In this document: in pieces, positions 1 to 7,341 of the stretch
How positions within the stretch are numbered: the first letter of the stretch is position 1
Layout of the letters: each line of letters begins with the position of its first letter
IMG/VR virus record: IMGVR_UViG_3300020215_000035
DNA from: a virus
Direction: 5' to 3' (one strand)
Length of the DNA stretch: 41,987 nt
Notes under the pieces: model-generated
Seen by the model: the letters and a program-made list of their open reading frames with translations, nothing else
What the model was told of the DNA's origin: nothing
Databases searched by the model: none
Made by a program: the position numbers and the translations under genes

Positions 1-127
1 CCGCTGGACGGTGGAGGTGTGCGCGCCCGACGGCATCGCCTCGTGGCGCGTCCACCACGGCACGCAGGAAGCCGCCTTCCTCGCCGGCCTCGACGCCGTG
101 CTCGACCACCTCGGCGCCGACGCCGAG
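1..127. repeat. Terminal direct repeat, left copy (identical to 41861-41987); most likely circular-assembly overlap
   Basis: Bases 1-127 match 41861-41987 base for base; an ORF continues across the junction in frame. Confidence 0.95.
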
Positions 128-166
128 GCGATCCCCGGCCCCTTCGACGACGAGGTGCCGTCATGA
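1..166 (+). CDS. 3' end of junction-spanning hypothetical gene (starts at 41616; 1-127 duplicates 41861-41987)
   Basis: Frame 2 continues ...RRWTVEVCAPDGIASWRVHHGTQEAAFLAGLDAVLDHLGADAEAIPGPFDDEVPS to TGA 164-166; ATGA coupling to the next gene. Confidence 0.7.
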   Translation, partial: RWTVEVCAPDGIASWRVHHGTQEAAFLAGLDAVLDHLGADAEAIPGPFDDEVPS

Positions 167-540
167 GCGCGTCCCCGTCCTCGTTCCCCGCCGTCTACCC
201 CCGGGGCGTCCGCGCCCTCGTGTGGCTCGCCCTCCGCGCCCGCCGCGCCTGGGGCTGGGCCCGGGACCCCGGCAAGGCCCAGCTCACCGCCGCCGCCGCC
301 CTCGTCCTCGCCCTGGCGCTCACGCCCGACTTCCTCGACGCCTACGCCAAGGCCGCCGAGCGGCCCGTCCGCGACGCCCACCGCACGGCGGAGCTCGTCG
401 CGCGCCGGGTCCGCCGCGCCCGCCGTCGCCGCACCGACGCCATCCGCCCCGCCGAGCACGGAAGCCTCAGGGCGGCCGAGGACTCCGGTGATTGCTCGGG
501 GGCGGTGGCGGCGCTCGCACCCCCCGCTAGCCCCCGATGA
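163..540 (+). CDS. hypothetical protein, possible membrane segment
   Basis: ATG 163 overlaps the upstream stop (ATGA). Hydrophobic stretch LTAAAALVLALALTP. Ends in ATGA coupling at 537-540. Confidence 0.6.
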   Translation: MSASPSSFPAVYPRGVRALVWLALRARRAWGWARDPGKAQLTAAAALVLALALTPDFLDAYAKAAERPVRDAHRTAELVARRVRRARRRRTDAIRPAEHGSLRAAEDSGDCSGAVAALAPPASPR

Positions 541-1058
541 AACGGCTCCTGACCATCGCGTTCTCCGCGCTCCTCCCCCGCCTCCGGCTCCGGTTCTACG
601 ACCCCTCCGGCGCCGAGGTATCACGCCCCGGCGGAAGGGGGTGGGAGTACCCCTGCTTTTCGTGCGGCGCGCCCTCCGAGACGGGCGGGTACCAGCCCCA
701 CGAGACGCGCCGGAAGGTCGGGGGGTACCGCCGGAGTCTCTGCGCCCGGTGCCACGCCCGGCAACGCCGCTGGCACTGGCTGACGTGGCTGGAGACGGGC
801 GAGCGCGTCGAGGTGCCGGAGGTGCGTGGGGAGGGCTTCATCAGCCCGAGCACGACCTACGCGAGCCACACGTATCCCGTCTACCGCCTGTTCGGGCGGG
901 AGTTCGTCTTCGCCCACGCCGCCCGCCACGGCCGACAGAACAGCCTCAACGCGCGCTTCTGGTTCCGCCGCCTGGGCGTCGAGGGCAACAGCCAGGGCGT
1001 CGAGCGAGCCACGAAAGCACAGGGCAACGTCCTCATCCTCCCCCTCGCCGACGATTGA
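537..1058 (+). CDS. hypothetical protein with CxxC...CxxC zinc-ribbon-like motif
   Basis: 173-aa ORF of varied composition; CFSCG ... CARCH cysteine pairs. Confidence 0.65.
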   Translation: MKRLLTIAFSALLPRLRLRFYDPSGAEVSRPGGRGWEYPCFSCGAPSETGGYQPHETRRKVGGYRRSLCARCHARQRRWHWLTWLETGERVEVPEVRGEGFISPSTTYASHTYPVYRLFGREFVFAHAARHGRQNSLNARFWFRRLGVEGNSQGVERATKAQGNVLILPLADD

Positions 1059-1201
1059 CCGCCCGCCGCGCCGCTCAGCCCGGGGGGGGGCGGCGGGCGG
1101 GGGCGAGCCCCCCGAGTCCAGCGAACCCCGTTCTTTGAGAGTCTGTAACCCCGCCCGTACCTTCCGAGTCGGGCTGAGGCGCCCGGCCCGGTAAGGCTAG
1201 C

Positions 1202-1213
1202 TGTGATGCGGAC
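1202..1213. repeat. Left copy of the 12-bp inverted repeat TGTGATGCGGAC flanking the first XRE gene
   Basis: Perfect reverse complement of 1648-1659 (GTCCGCATCACA). Confidence 0.9.
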
Positions 1214-1279
1214 ACATCGCGGTAGGCCCCGGCCGGGTTGCCTCGCCCACCTTCGGTAAGGGCACCGGGGAAGAAGGGC

Positions 1280-1543
1280 TCAGGCGCCCGCCTCCCCTTC
1301 TCGCCCCGGCAGGCCGCCGTGCTTCTCGATGATGTCGAGGAGGATCTCGACGGCCCCGCTCGGCTCCATCTTCCCCTTCTCCAGATCGCTGACGCTCTGG
1401 TATCGGGTGTAGCCGAGCATCCGGCCGAACTCCGATTGGTTGAGGCGGAGCCGCTTGCGGAGCGCGTGGATGCGCTCGGGTGTCCAGGCCATGAACGCGC
1501 CGAAGGTGCGGGGAAGGGCCGGATAAGCTACGGCGGCTGACAT
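1280..1543 (-). CDS. XRE-family helix-turn-helix transcriptional regulator (small Cro/CI-type)
   Basis: LRLNQSEFGRMLGYTRYQSVSDLEKGK is a typical HTH_XRE core. Opposite strand to the flanking operons. Start may be the internal MAWTPE. Confidence 0.85.
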   Translation of the reverse strand: MSAAVAYPALPRTFGAFMAWTPERIHALRKRLRLNQSEFGRMLGYTRYQSVSDLEKGKMEPSGAVEILLDIIEKHGGLPGREGEAGA

Positions 1544-1588
1544 GCGGGGTTACGGCGAGCGGAAAGAGTCTGTCGCCCTCTACACGCT

Positions 1589-1630
1589 CACCGGAAAAAA
1601 AGTTGCGTCCACCGGAAACTGTTTGTCCGC
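1589..1630. promoter_or_regulatory. Two direct repeats CACCGGAAA(N2-4)GTT(T)G in the divergent control region (candidate operators)
   Basis: caccggaaaaaaagttgcgtcc followed by caccggaaactgtttgtccgc. The core CCGGAAAC equals one iteron variant at 7393-7401. Confidence 0.4.
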
Positions 1631-1636
1631 TTAGCG

Positions 1637-1659
1637 TATATTCCCCCGTCCGCATCACA
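1637..1659 (+). promoter_or_regulatory. TATATT -10-like box, then after 5 nt the right copy of the 12-bp inverted repeat
   Basis: TATATT at 1637-1642 and GTCCGCATCACA at 1648-1659, with ATG at 1677. No convincing -35 was found. Confidence 0.45.
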
Positions 1660-1676
1660 CACCAAGCCTTACTGCC

Positions 1677-2003
1677 ATGCCTACCGAGTCCCCGGTTCAG
1701 AGCCCTTCGGCTCCCGCCGCCGTTGCGACGCACTCGCTCGATCTTCGCGCCCGCTACCCGCTTCGGCTAGGCTGCACCCTCATCCGGCATAGGATGATCG
1801 GCATTCACGCCGTCGTCAACGCGCGTGCGGGGCAGCAGCACCTGAACGATCAGGGCATCGAGGAAATCGAGATGTGGCGAGACGCCCGAGCGATCCGCCG
1901 CCGTGTCTCAGATCGCATCGTGCTGCACGGGTTCACGTCCCGCTTCTTCCGCCGGCACAACGCCCGGTTCGCTCACCTGATCACCGAACGGGAAGAGTGG
2001 TAG
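1677..2003 (+). CDS. hypothetical protein
   Basis: 108-aa ORF and first gene after the control region. CTGCCATGCC start context shared with 5150 and 11509. Confidence 0.7.
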   Translation: MPTESPVQSPSAPAAVATHSLDLRARYPLRLGCTLIRHRMIGIHAVVNARAGQQHLNDQGIEEIEMWRDARAIRRRVSDRIVLHGFTSRFFRRHNARFAHLITEREEW

Positions 2004-2088
2004 CCCCCTCCGCCGTTTCGCCTCCCCCGGCCGCCCCCGCCCCGTAAGGCGGCGGCGCGGCCCCCTCCCCAAGCCTCCGGCTACCCCG

Positions 2089-2394
2089 ATGCCTACTCCC
2101 GTTCAGTCCCCGGTCGAGCCCGTCGCGGCTCCCGCCCACAGCCCCGCGCCGTGGAAGCGGATCGACCCCGATGGGCGCTCCGTCGTCGGGTTGGGCTACC
2201 GCATCCGCACGGCGGACGGGTCGCAGATCGTCGCCGAGCAGCGGTGTGATGTGCCCCTGATCGAAGCGGCCCCTGACCTCCTCCGTGCCGTGGAAAAGCT
2301 CCTCATGTGGCATGAGGACCCCGAAGCCGACGACCACGCTTGGTCCGTCGCCCGCGATGCGCTCGCCAAGGCCCGTGGGGAGGTGTCCCGATGA
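2089..2394 (+). CDS. hypothetical protein
   Basis: 101-aa ORF, CCGATG start context, stop overlaps the next start. Confidence 0.7.
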   Translation: MPTPVQSPVEPVAAPAHSPAPWKRIDPDGRSVVGLGYRIRTADGSQIVAEQRCDVPLIEAAPDLLRAVEKLLMWHEDPEADDHAWSVARDALAKARGEVSR

Positions 2395-2717
2395 GCCCGG
2401 CTCCCCCTCCCGCCGCCCCGCCCTCGCCGGTCCCCGCCCGTCGCACGGCCTGCGTCATGCTCGCCGCCGCTTCTGGCGACGTGCGCGCGGCTAAGGGCGT
2501 CGTCGGCCGCGCTATCCGCGCCGCCCTCCGCGTGCGCCGCTGGCATGAGGCCCCCCACCACGTCCGCTACATCACGCAGGCGGAGGGCGAGGGCAGCGCG
2601 CCGCGCTTCTGCCTCGACCTCACCGACGACGAGGCAGAGCGGCTGCTAGTCGCCGCCGACCGAGAGGCCCTGGCGGCCGGGTTCTCCGCCGCCCCCATCG
2701 ACTTCTACCACGACTGA
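2391..2717 (+). CDS. hypothetical protein
   Basis: ATGA coupling at 2391-2394; internal start of listed ORF 2340..2717. Confidence 0.6.
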   Translation: MSPAPPPAAPPSPVPARRTACVMLAAASGDVRAAKGVVGRAIRAALRVRRWHEAPHHVRYITQAEGEGSAPRFCLDLTDDEAERLLVAADREALAAGFSAAPIDFYHD

Positions 2718-2735
2718 AGGCCGTAGCCACCTGAG

Positions 2736-2933
2736 ATGCCGTCCCCCCCTGAGCACGCCGAGAAGTTCGATGCCCTCGCCGCTACGGTGGAGAGGAACGC
2801 CGCCCTCCTCTCCCTCATCGAGCGCGCCGCGAGGGAGATCAAGCGAGCGCCCGTGACCTGGGAAGGGAAGGACGACCTCGTTCGGGCGCTCCGCGCCGCG
2901 CTCCCCGAAGACCGCCAGAAGGCACTCCGATGA
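2736..2933 (+). CDS. hypothetical protein
   Basis: 65-aa helical ORF, coupled to the next gene (ATGA at 2930). Confidence 0.6.
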   Translation: MPSPPEHAEKFDALAATVERNAALLSLIERAAREIKRAPVTWEGKDDLVRALRAALPEDRQKALR

Positions 2934-3205
2934 CCCCCTCCCCCTCTCTCCGCCCTCCCGCCGTCCCGCCCGCCCCCGACGCCGGAGGCGTGGCCGAGCA
3001 GGCGGCGGCAGACCACGACCTCCACATGGTCAAGGCCATCCTTGACGGCGTGGACGAATTCGGGAAGGTGCTCCCTCAGGAGTCGGACCTCCCCCCGCAG
3101 GCCCAACGGCTGCAAGACCTCCTCGCTGAGCTTTACGGCCTGCTCGACATGGACTACGCCGACCGGAACGCCGTGCTCGCCCTCTCCACCCCCACCGAGG
3201 GCTGA
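2930..3205 (+). CDS. hypothetical protein
   Basis: 91-aa acidic ORF in the operon context. Confidence 0.6.
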   Translation: MTPSPSLRPPAVPPAPDAGGVAEQAAADHDLHMVKAILDGVDEFGKVLPQESDLPPQAQRLQDLLAELYGLLDMDYADRNAVLALSTPTEG

Positions 3206-3208
3206 CCG

Positions 3209-3451
3209 ATGAACCACTTTCGTGTTCGCGTGGACGTTGACCTCGACGCGGATACCGTCGCCGAGATGCTGGCGTGGTTCCTTTGGGCCGGGCCAGATGA
3301 GACCCCGAGCCTCCGCACAGCGGAGGATTGCAGGCGCGCCTTACGGATTGCGATTCAGAACGCCGCCGCGCGGCACGACTTCGGCCCACCTGAGGAATAC
3401 CGAGAGGCCGTACGTGAGATCGTGAGGCAGCACATGAGGACGAAGCGATGA
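3209..3451 (+). CDS. hypothetical protein
   Basis: 80-aa ORF, CCGATG start context, ATGA coupling at 3448. Confidence 0.65.
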   Translation: MNHFRVRVDVDLDADTVAEMLAWFLWAGPDETPSLRTAEDCRRALRIAIQNAAARHDFGPPEEYREAVREIVRQHMRTKR

Positions 3452-3684
3452 ACGTGTTTGCCCCCGACCGGCTCACGCCGGAGGCCGTCGCCTACATGAT
3501 CGGCCGCGTGCTCGACGACCCCCCCGGCGCCGCCGCCTACCGGGAGGAATTGAGGCCGCGTCTCCGCGTTGTCCACGGCCTCGCCTACTCGACCCTTGAC
3601 CTCTTCGACCCGATCTGGGAGTGGCACCGCCAACAAGGCCGGAGCGCTTGGGAGGCCGTCCGCTTTGAGTTCGGAACCCTATGA
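3448..3684 (+). CDS. hypothetical protein
   Basis: 78-aa ORF, coupled at both ends. Confidence 0.65.
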   Translation: MNVFAPDRLTPEAVAYMIGRVLDDPPGAAAYREELRPRLRVVHGLAYSTLDLFDPIWEWHRQQGRSAWEAVRFEFGTL

Positions 3685-3968
3685 ACGCCCCCCTCCCCTA
3701 CTCCGAACGGGACCGCCTCCGCCGCCTCGAAGCCGAGGAGAACGAGCTGCTCGACGTGGTGACGGACGTGCGGCGGCCGATGGCCGTCCGCGCCGTCGCC
3801 GAGCACCGGCTAGCGGCGCTCCGCCCCACGCTCGACGCCCTCCAGGCCCGCCTCGACGCCGAAGAACGGCGTGCCGAAGAACTCCCCACGCTCGCCGCCT
3901 CCGGTGCCCCGTCCGTCGGGCGTGGCGCGCGGGGGGCGGCGGCCTACGAGGGCGCGGTAGCTACGTGA
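3681..3968 (+). CDS. hypothetical coiled-coil protein
   Basis: 95-aa ORF rich in R/E/L heptad-like sequence; its stop overlaps GTG 3965. Confidence 0.65.
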   Translation: MNAPLPYSERDRLRRLEAEENELLDVVTDVRRPMAVRAVAEHRLAALRPTLDALQARLDAEERRAEELPTLAASGAPSVGRGARGAAAYEGAVAT

Positions 3969-4627
3969 ACGCCGTGACCCCTCCCGCCCATACGAGGCCC
4001 GTGCGCATCCTGATCTCCGGCGGGGCCGACCTCGGCCTCGTCGCCGAGGAGACGGGGTGCCCCACGGGCACGCTCTTGGTGCCGACGTGCAACAACCGGC
4101 GGGTGCGGGAGGGGTACCCGTTCGCCGTGGACAACGGGGCCTTCACCGGGTTCAACCGCGACACGCGCGCGGCGTTCGGGGACATCCTCGCCAAGTCGAG
4201 GCCGCACCGGGAGCGGTGCCTCTTCGTGGCCGTCCCCGACGTGGTGGGGAGCGCGCGGCGGACGCTGGAGTGCTTCGAGGCGTGGCGCCGGAAGCTGAAC
4301 GGGTGGCCCCTCGCGCTCGTCTGCCAGGACGGGCAGGAGCACCTCCCGATCCCGTGGCACCAGATCGAGGCCGTGTTCATCGGCGGCTCCACCGAGTGGA
4401 AGCTGTCGAAGCACGCCGAGCACGTCGTCCGGGCGGCGCAGATCCACGGCAAGCACGTCCACGTCGGCCGGGTCAACACGCCGGGCCGCTTCTCGCACTT
4501 CGAGGCGCTAGGGGTGGACTCCATCGACGGCGGCAACCTCGCGTGGCGCCGTGAGCACCGCCTAGCGATCCGTCGCCGCCACGACGATGCCCCCGCCCTC
4601 TTCGAGCCCGAGCCCCTAGCCGCCTAA
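3965..4627 (+). CDS. minimal TGT-fold protein, DpdA-like DNA/tRNA-guanine transglycosylase candidate
   Basis: GTG start coupled as GTGA. The motif order resembles tRNA-guanine transglycosylases: VDNGAFTGF (cf DSGGFQ), AVPDVV (cf LDEC), CQDGQ (cf QGG), FIGGSTEWK (cf GGLAVGE), HVHVGRV (cf LMGVG), LGVDSIDG (cf GxDMFD). No Zn-binding C-terminal domain. Confidence 0.6.
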   Translation: MNAVTPPAHTRPVRILISGGADLGLVAEETGCPTGTLLVPTCNNRRVREGYPFAVDNGAFTGFNRDTRAAFGDILAKSRPHRERCLFVAVPDVVGSARRTLECFEAWRRKLNGWPLALVCQDGQEHLPIPWHQIEAVFIGGSTEWKLSKHAEHVVRAAQIHGKHVHVGRVNTPGRFSHFEALGVDSIDGGNLAWRREHRLAIRRRHDDAPALFEPEPLAA

Positions 4628-4756
4628 CCCCCTCCGCCTCGTGGGGGCCGGTCGCCCCCGCCGGGCACCCCCCGTAACCCGCCGCGAAGCCCAGTCTGTT
4701 CCTTGACCTGCTGCAGCCTTTAGATTCAGGCAGGGCCGCCCGGCCCCGCTCCGGTT

Positions 4757-4769
4757 GGTTGTAGAGGTA
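4757..4769. repeat. Left copy of the 13-bp inverted repeat GGTTGTAGAGGTA flanking the second XRE gene
   Basis: Perfect reverse complement of 5128-5140 (TACCTCTACAACC). Overlaps the local palindrome GAGGTACCTC. Confidence 0.9.
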
Positions 4770-4804
4770 CCTCCAAACGGTAGGCCGGGGCCGGGTGCGC
4801 CCGC

Positions 4805-5050
4805 CTACTTCTTCTCCGCCTTGCCCTTTCGACGGAGGATGTAGAACGGCCCGGCGACGGTGTAGCCGGTGAACGCCTCGATCATCGCCTTCATCGTCTG
4901 GAAGGCCCCGCGTTCGCCCGCCTCCGCCCGGCTCACCTGGGACTGGAACACGCCCAGCTCGTGAGCGACGGCGACCTGGGAACGGGTGCCGCGCGCTTCC
5001 TTGGCGACGGCGCCCAGCTCCTCGACGGTGTAGGGGGTGTCCGGCTTCAT
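4805..5050 (-). CDS. XRE-family helix-turn-helix transcriptional regulator
   Basis: RSQVAVAHELGVFQSQVSRAEAGER HTH core; 81 aa; opposite strand between two plus-strand operons. Confidence 0.85.
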   Translation of the reverse strand: MKPDTPYTVEELGAVAKEARGTRSQVAVAHELGVFQSQVSRAEAGERGAFQTMKAMIEAFTGYTVAGPFYILRRKGKAEKK

Positions 5051-5093
5051 GGCCGGAAGGTACGGCCTATGAGCGAGAAAGTTGTATGCTCGC

Positions 5094-5122
5094 TTGACTC
5101 ATATGCGCCCGGCGGTTATAAT
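5094..5122 (+). promoter_or_regulatory. Sigma70-consensus-like promoter TTGACT-17 nt-TATAAT
   Basis: TTGACT at 5094-5099, a 17-nt spacer, TATAAT at 5117-5122; 27 nt upstream of ATG 5150. Confidence 0.6.
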
Positions 5123-5127
5123 TCCCC

Positions 5128-5140
5128 TACCTCTACAACC
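5128..5140. repeat. Right copy of the 13-bp inverted repeat, 5 nt after the -10 box
   Basis: TACCTCTACAACC is the reverse complement of 4757-4769. Confidence 0.9.
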
Positions 5141-5149
5141 GACCGTGCC

Positions 5150-5353
5150 ATGCCTACCCCCGTGACCGGCTACGCCGCTCGCTCCATCGCAGAGCTAGAG
5201 CGCACCGTCGAAGAGCTCTGGACCGCCTACGGCAACGCCCGCACCGACGCGGGGGCCGAGTGCATCCGCGAGGAGATCCGCGAAGCGCAGGCCGCGCTCG
5301 ACGCCAAGCGCGCGACGCAGGACGCCTGCACCCTTCCCCGCTTCGCCAACTGA
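5150..5353 (+). CDS. hypothetical protein
   Basis: 67-aa ORF MPTPVTGYAARS... with a GTGCCATGCC start context; internal start of listed ORF 4961..5353. Confidence 0.6.
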   Translation: MPTPVTGYAARSIAELERTVEELWTAYGNARTDAGAECIREEIREAQAALDAKRATQDACTLPRFAN

Positions 5354-5408
5354 GTTTCCACGGTTTCCGCGCTTTCCACGGTTTCCACGCCTTACGAACC
5401 GTGGAAAC
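5354..5408. repeat. Iteron array A: four abutting 9-mers GTTTCCACG-like plus one inverted copy
   Basis: GTTTCCACG GTTTCCGCG CTTTCCACG GTTTCCACG at 5354-5389, a 10-nt spacer, then CGTGGAAAC at 5400-5408. Confidence 0.85.
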
Positions 5409-5463
5409 CGGGCTGCAGCACCACCCATCCGGCGCCCCGTAAGGCGCCCCCTCCTGAGTCCCG

Positions 5464-7341
5464 TTGCCGAGTCCGTCCCCCACCACCCCGCCGCTCAGCG
5501 GCGGATTCGACCCCAACGCCGTCCTTGCCCGCGCCTTGGAGCGGGGGCAGGCCGGTTCCCGAAACGACGCCGCCGTGTGGCTGTCCTGCCAGCTCCGAGA
5601 CAACGGCACCCCGCTAGCCGAAGCGGAGGGGCTGCTGCGCGCGTTCGCCGCCGACGTGGGGACGCCTGAGGGGAAGGGCCGCTACACGAAAGCGGACGCC
5701 CTCGCCACCGTGCGGAGCGTCTACCGCCGGCCCGCGCGTGAGCCGTGGGCCGGGAGCCAGACCGGAGGGGCGAAGCCGGCGAAGCGGCCCCGGAAGCGGT
5801 ACGACCCCACGAAGGTTCCGAAGGTGAACGGGGAGCTAGGCGACGCCGACGCGGCGACGCGGGAGGCCGTCCGATTGCTGCAGATGGACCCCGAGGAGGC
5901 CGCCGCGCACTCCGCTTTCATCCGTAGGGAGGAGGAACGGATCGAGCGCGAGGCCGCCTCGCTCAACCTCGACATCGAGGACGCCCCGCTCTTCCCCCGC
6001 GCCGTCTACGACCTCCTCCCCCCGTCCATCGTCAACGCGGCGGCGCACTACACCGAGCCCCACCAGCCGGACGTGTTCACGGCCGGGCTCCTGCCCGTTC
6101 TCGGGGCGATGCTCCCGAACGTGTGGACGCGGCACCAGCGCCGCTACATCTCCCCCAACACGTACGTCGTCGTGACGGCGGAGACGGGCTCGGGGAAGAA
6201 CGTGCTAGAGGACGTGCGGGCCGTGGCGAGGCCGCTATCGGACGCCCTCGCCCTCCGCCGGGCGGAGGAACTGGCCCGGTGGAAAGACGAGAAGGAGGCG
6301 GCCGAAGCGGCGGCGATGGCCGTCCCCACGGAGCCCCCCCATTACCGCCTCTTCGTCCCGGCCAACGCCTCGGCGACCCCGTTCCTCCGCGCGCTGCAGA
6401 AGAACGAGGGGCGCGGGCTCGTGTTCGAGACGGAGATATACCCGCTGACCCAGGCGAGGGGGAACGAGTGGGGCGACTACACCGCGACGCTCCTGCAGGC
6501 GTACGGCCACGAGACGGTGAGCCTCCTCCGTAGCCAGGAGGAGTTCTACATCCCGAACCCCTGCGTCTCCGTCACCCTCTCCGGCACGCCGGATCAAGTC
6601 CTCCGCCTCATCCCCTCCGTCGAGGACGGGCTGTTCTCGCGGTTCGGGTTCTTCTACTTCGTCGGGACCGACGAATGGATAGACCACGGCCCGGCCGCCG
6701 GCTTCGACGACTTCAACGCCACGCTCTCCATCTTCGGGGAGATGATGGCCCGGGCGTACCACACGCTGCACGGCCGGCCCGAACGGCTCTTCGTTGACAT
6801 CTCCCCGGACGGGTGGGCCACGCTGCAGGAACCGTTCCGGCAGATGAAGGCGCGGGCCATCGCCAACGGGCAGCGCCCCCTCATCTCGGCCGTACACCGG
6901 GGGCCGATCATGGCCGCCCGGTTCGCCATGTGCCTCACGCTCCTCTCCCACATCGAGGAGGGGCGCGACCTCACGCCCACCGTTCGGAGCGTCGAGGTAC
7001 GGGAGAAGGCGGTATGGGCCGGCTCCATGATCGCCGCCACGCTGGTTGACCACGCTTTCCGCCTCGCCCAGCACCTCCCGAAAGCGCAGGCCCTCAAGAC
7101 GGCATACAGCCGGGACGTGCTTACCCGGTTCGCCCTCGCCCTGCCGGATCGGTTCGACCACCAGGCCCTCCTCTCGACGGCGACGGCGCTGGAGCTCAAG
7201 CAGAGCGCCGCCTACAAGTACCGCGCGAAGCTGCTGCAGCTCGGGTGGGCGGAGCCGGACGGCTACGGGTGGTGCAAGAAATCGCCCCGCTGCCCTTCGC
7301 CCTCGTCCATTGGTACACATGGTATTGAACATGATGACTAG
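5464..7341 (+). CDS. PriCT-like N-terminal domain plus DUF3987-type P-loop protein (replication initiator/helicase-like)
   Basis: TTG start. N-terminus GSRNDAAVWLSCQLRDNGTPLAEAEGLL...TVRSVYRR resembles primase C-terminal (PriCT) domains. Walker A-like VTAETGSGKN and Walker B-like GLVFETE. Flanked by iterons. Confidence 0.75.
   Translation: MPSPSPTTPPLSGGFDPNAVLARALERGQAGSRNDAAVWLSCQLRDNGTPLAEAEGLLRAFAADVGTPEGKGRYTKADALATVRSVYRRPAREPWAGSQTGGAKPAKRPRKRYDPTKVPKVNGELGDADAATREAVRLLQMDPEEAAAHSAFIRREEERIEREAASLNLDIEDAPLFPRAVYDLLPPSIVNAAAHYTEPHQPDVFTAGLLPVLGAMLPNVWTRHQRRYISPNTYVVVTAETGSGKNVLEDVRAVARPLSDALALRRAEELARWKDEKEAAEAAAMAVPTEPPHYRLFVPANASATPFLRALQKNEGRGLVFETEIYPLTQARGNEWGDYTATLLQAYGHETVSLLRSQEEFYIPNPCVSVTLSGTPDQVLRLIPSVEDGLFSRFGFFYFVGTDEWIDHGPAAGFDDFNATLSIFGEMMARAYHTLHGRPERLFVDISPDGWATLQEPFRQMKARAIANGQRPLISAVHRGPIMAARFAMCLTLLSHIEEGRDLTPTVRSVEVREKAVWAGSMIAATLVDHAFRLAQHLPKAQALKTAYSRDVLTRFALALPDRFDHQALLSTATALELKQSAAYKYRAKLLQLGWAEPDGYGWCKKSPRCPSPSSIGTHGIEHDD

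Noticed and set aside
1-127. Biological direct terminal repeats (T7-like DTR)
   Set aside because: The overlap is short and of fixed length, an ORF crosses the junction, and the terminase type suggests headful packaging. Assembly overlap of a circular or permuted genome is more likely, though read-terminus analysis is needed.
3569-3964. N-terminal 132 codons of listed ORF 3569..4627
   Set aside because: Pro/Arg-rich and overlapping three well-behaved small genes in another frame. GTG 3965, coupled to the upstream stop, is the plausible start of the TGT-fold gene.
4703-4726. TTGACC ... TAGATT as a plus-strand promoter antisense to the second HTH gene
   Set aside because: The spacer is only 12 nt, too short for a sigma70-type promoter. 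It is kept only as a note.
5354-5408. CRISPR array interpretation of the tandem repeats (also 7356-7410, 23658-23717, 38716-38745)
   Set aside because: The units are 6-15 bp and abut without spacers. No cas genes are present. The repeats are either iterons or in-frame coding repeats.
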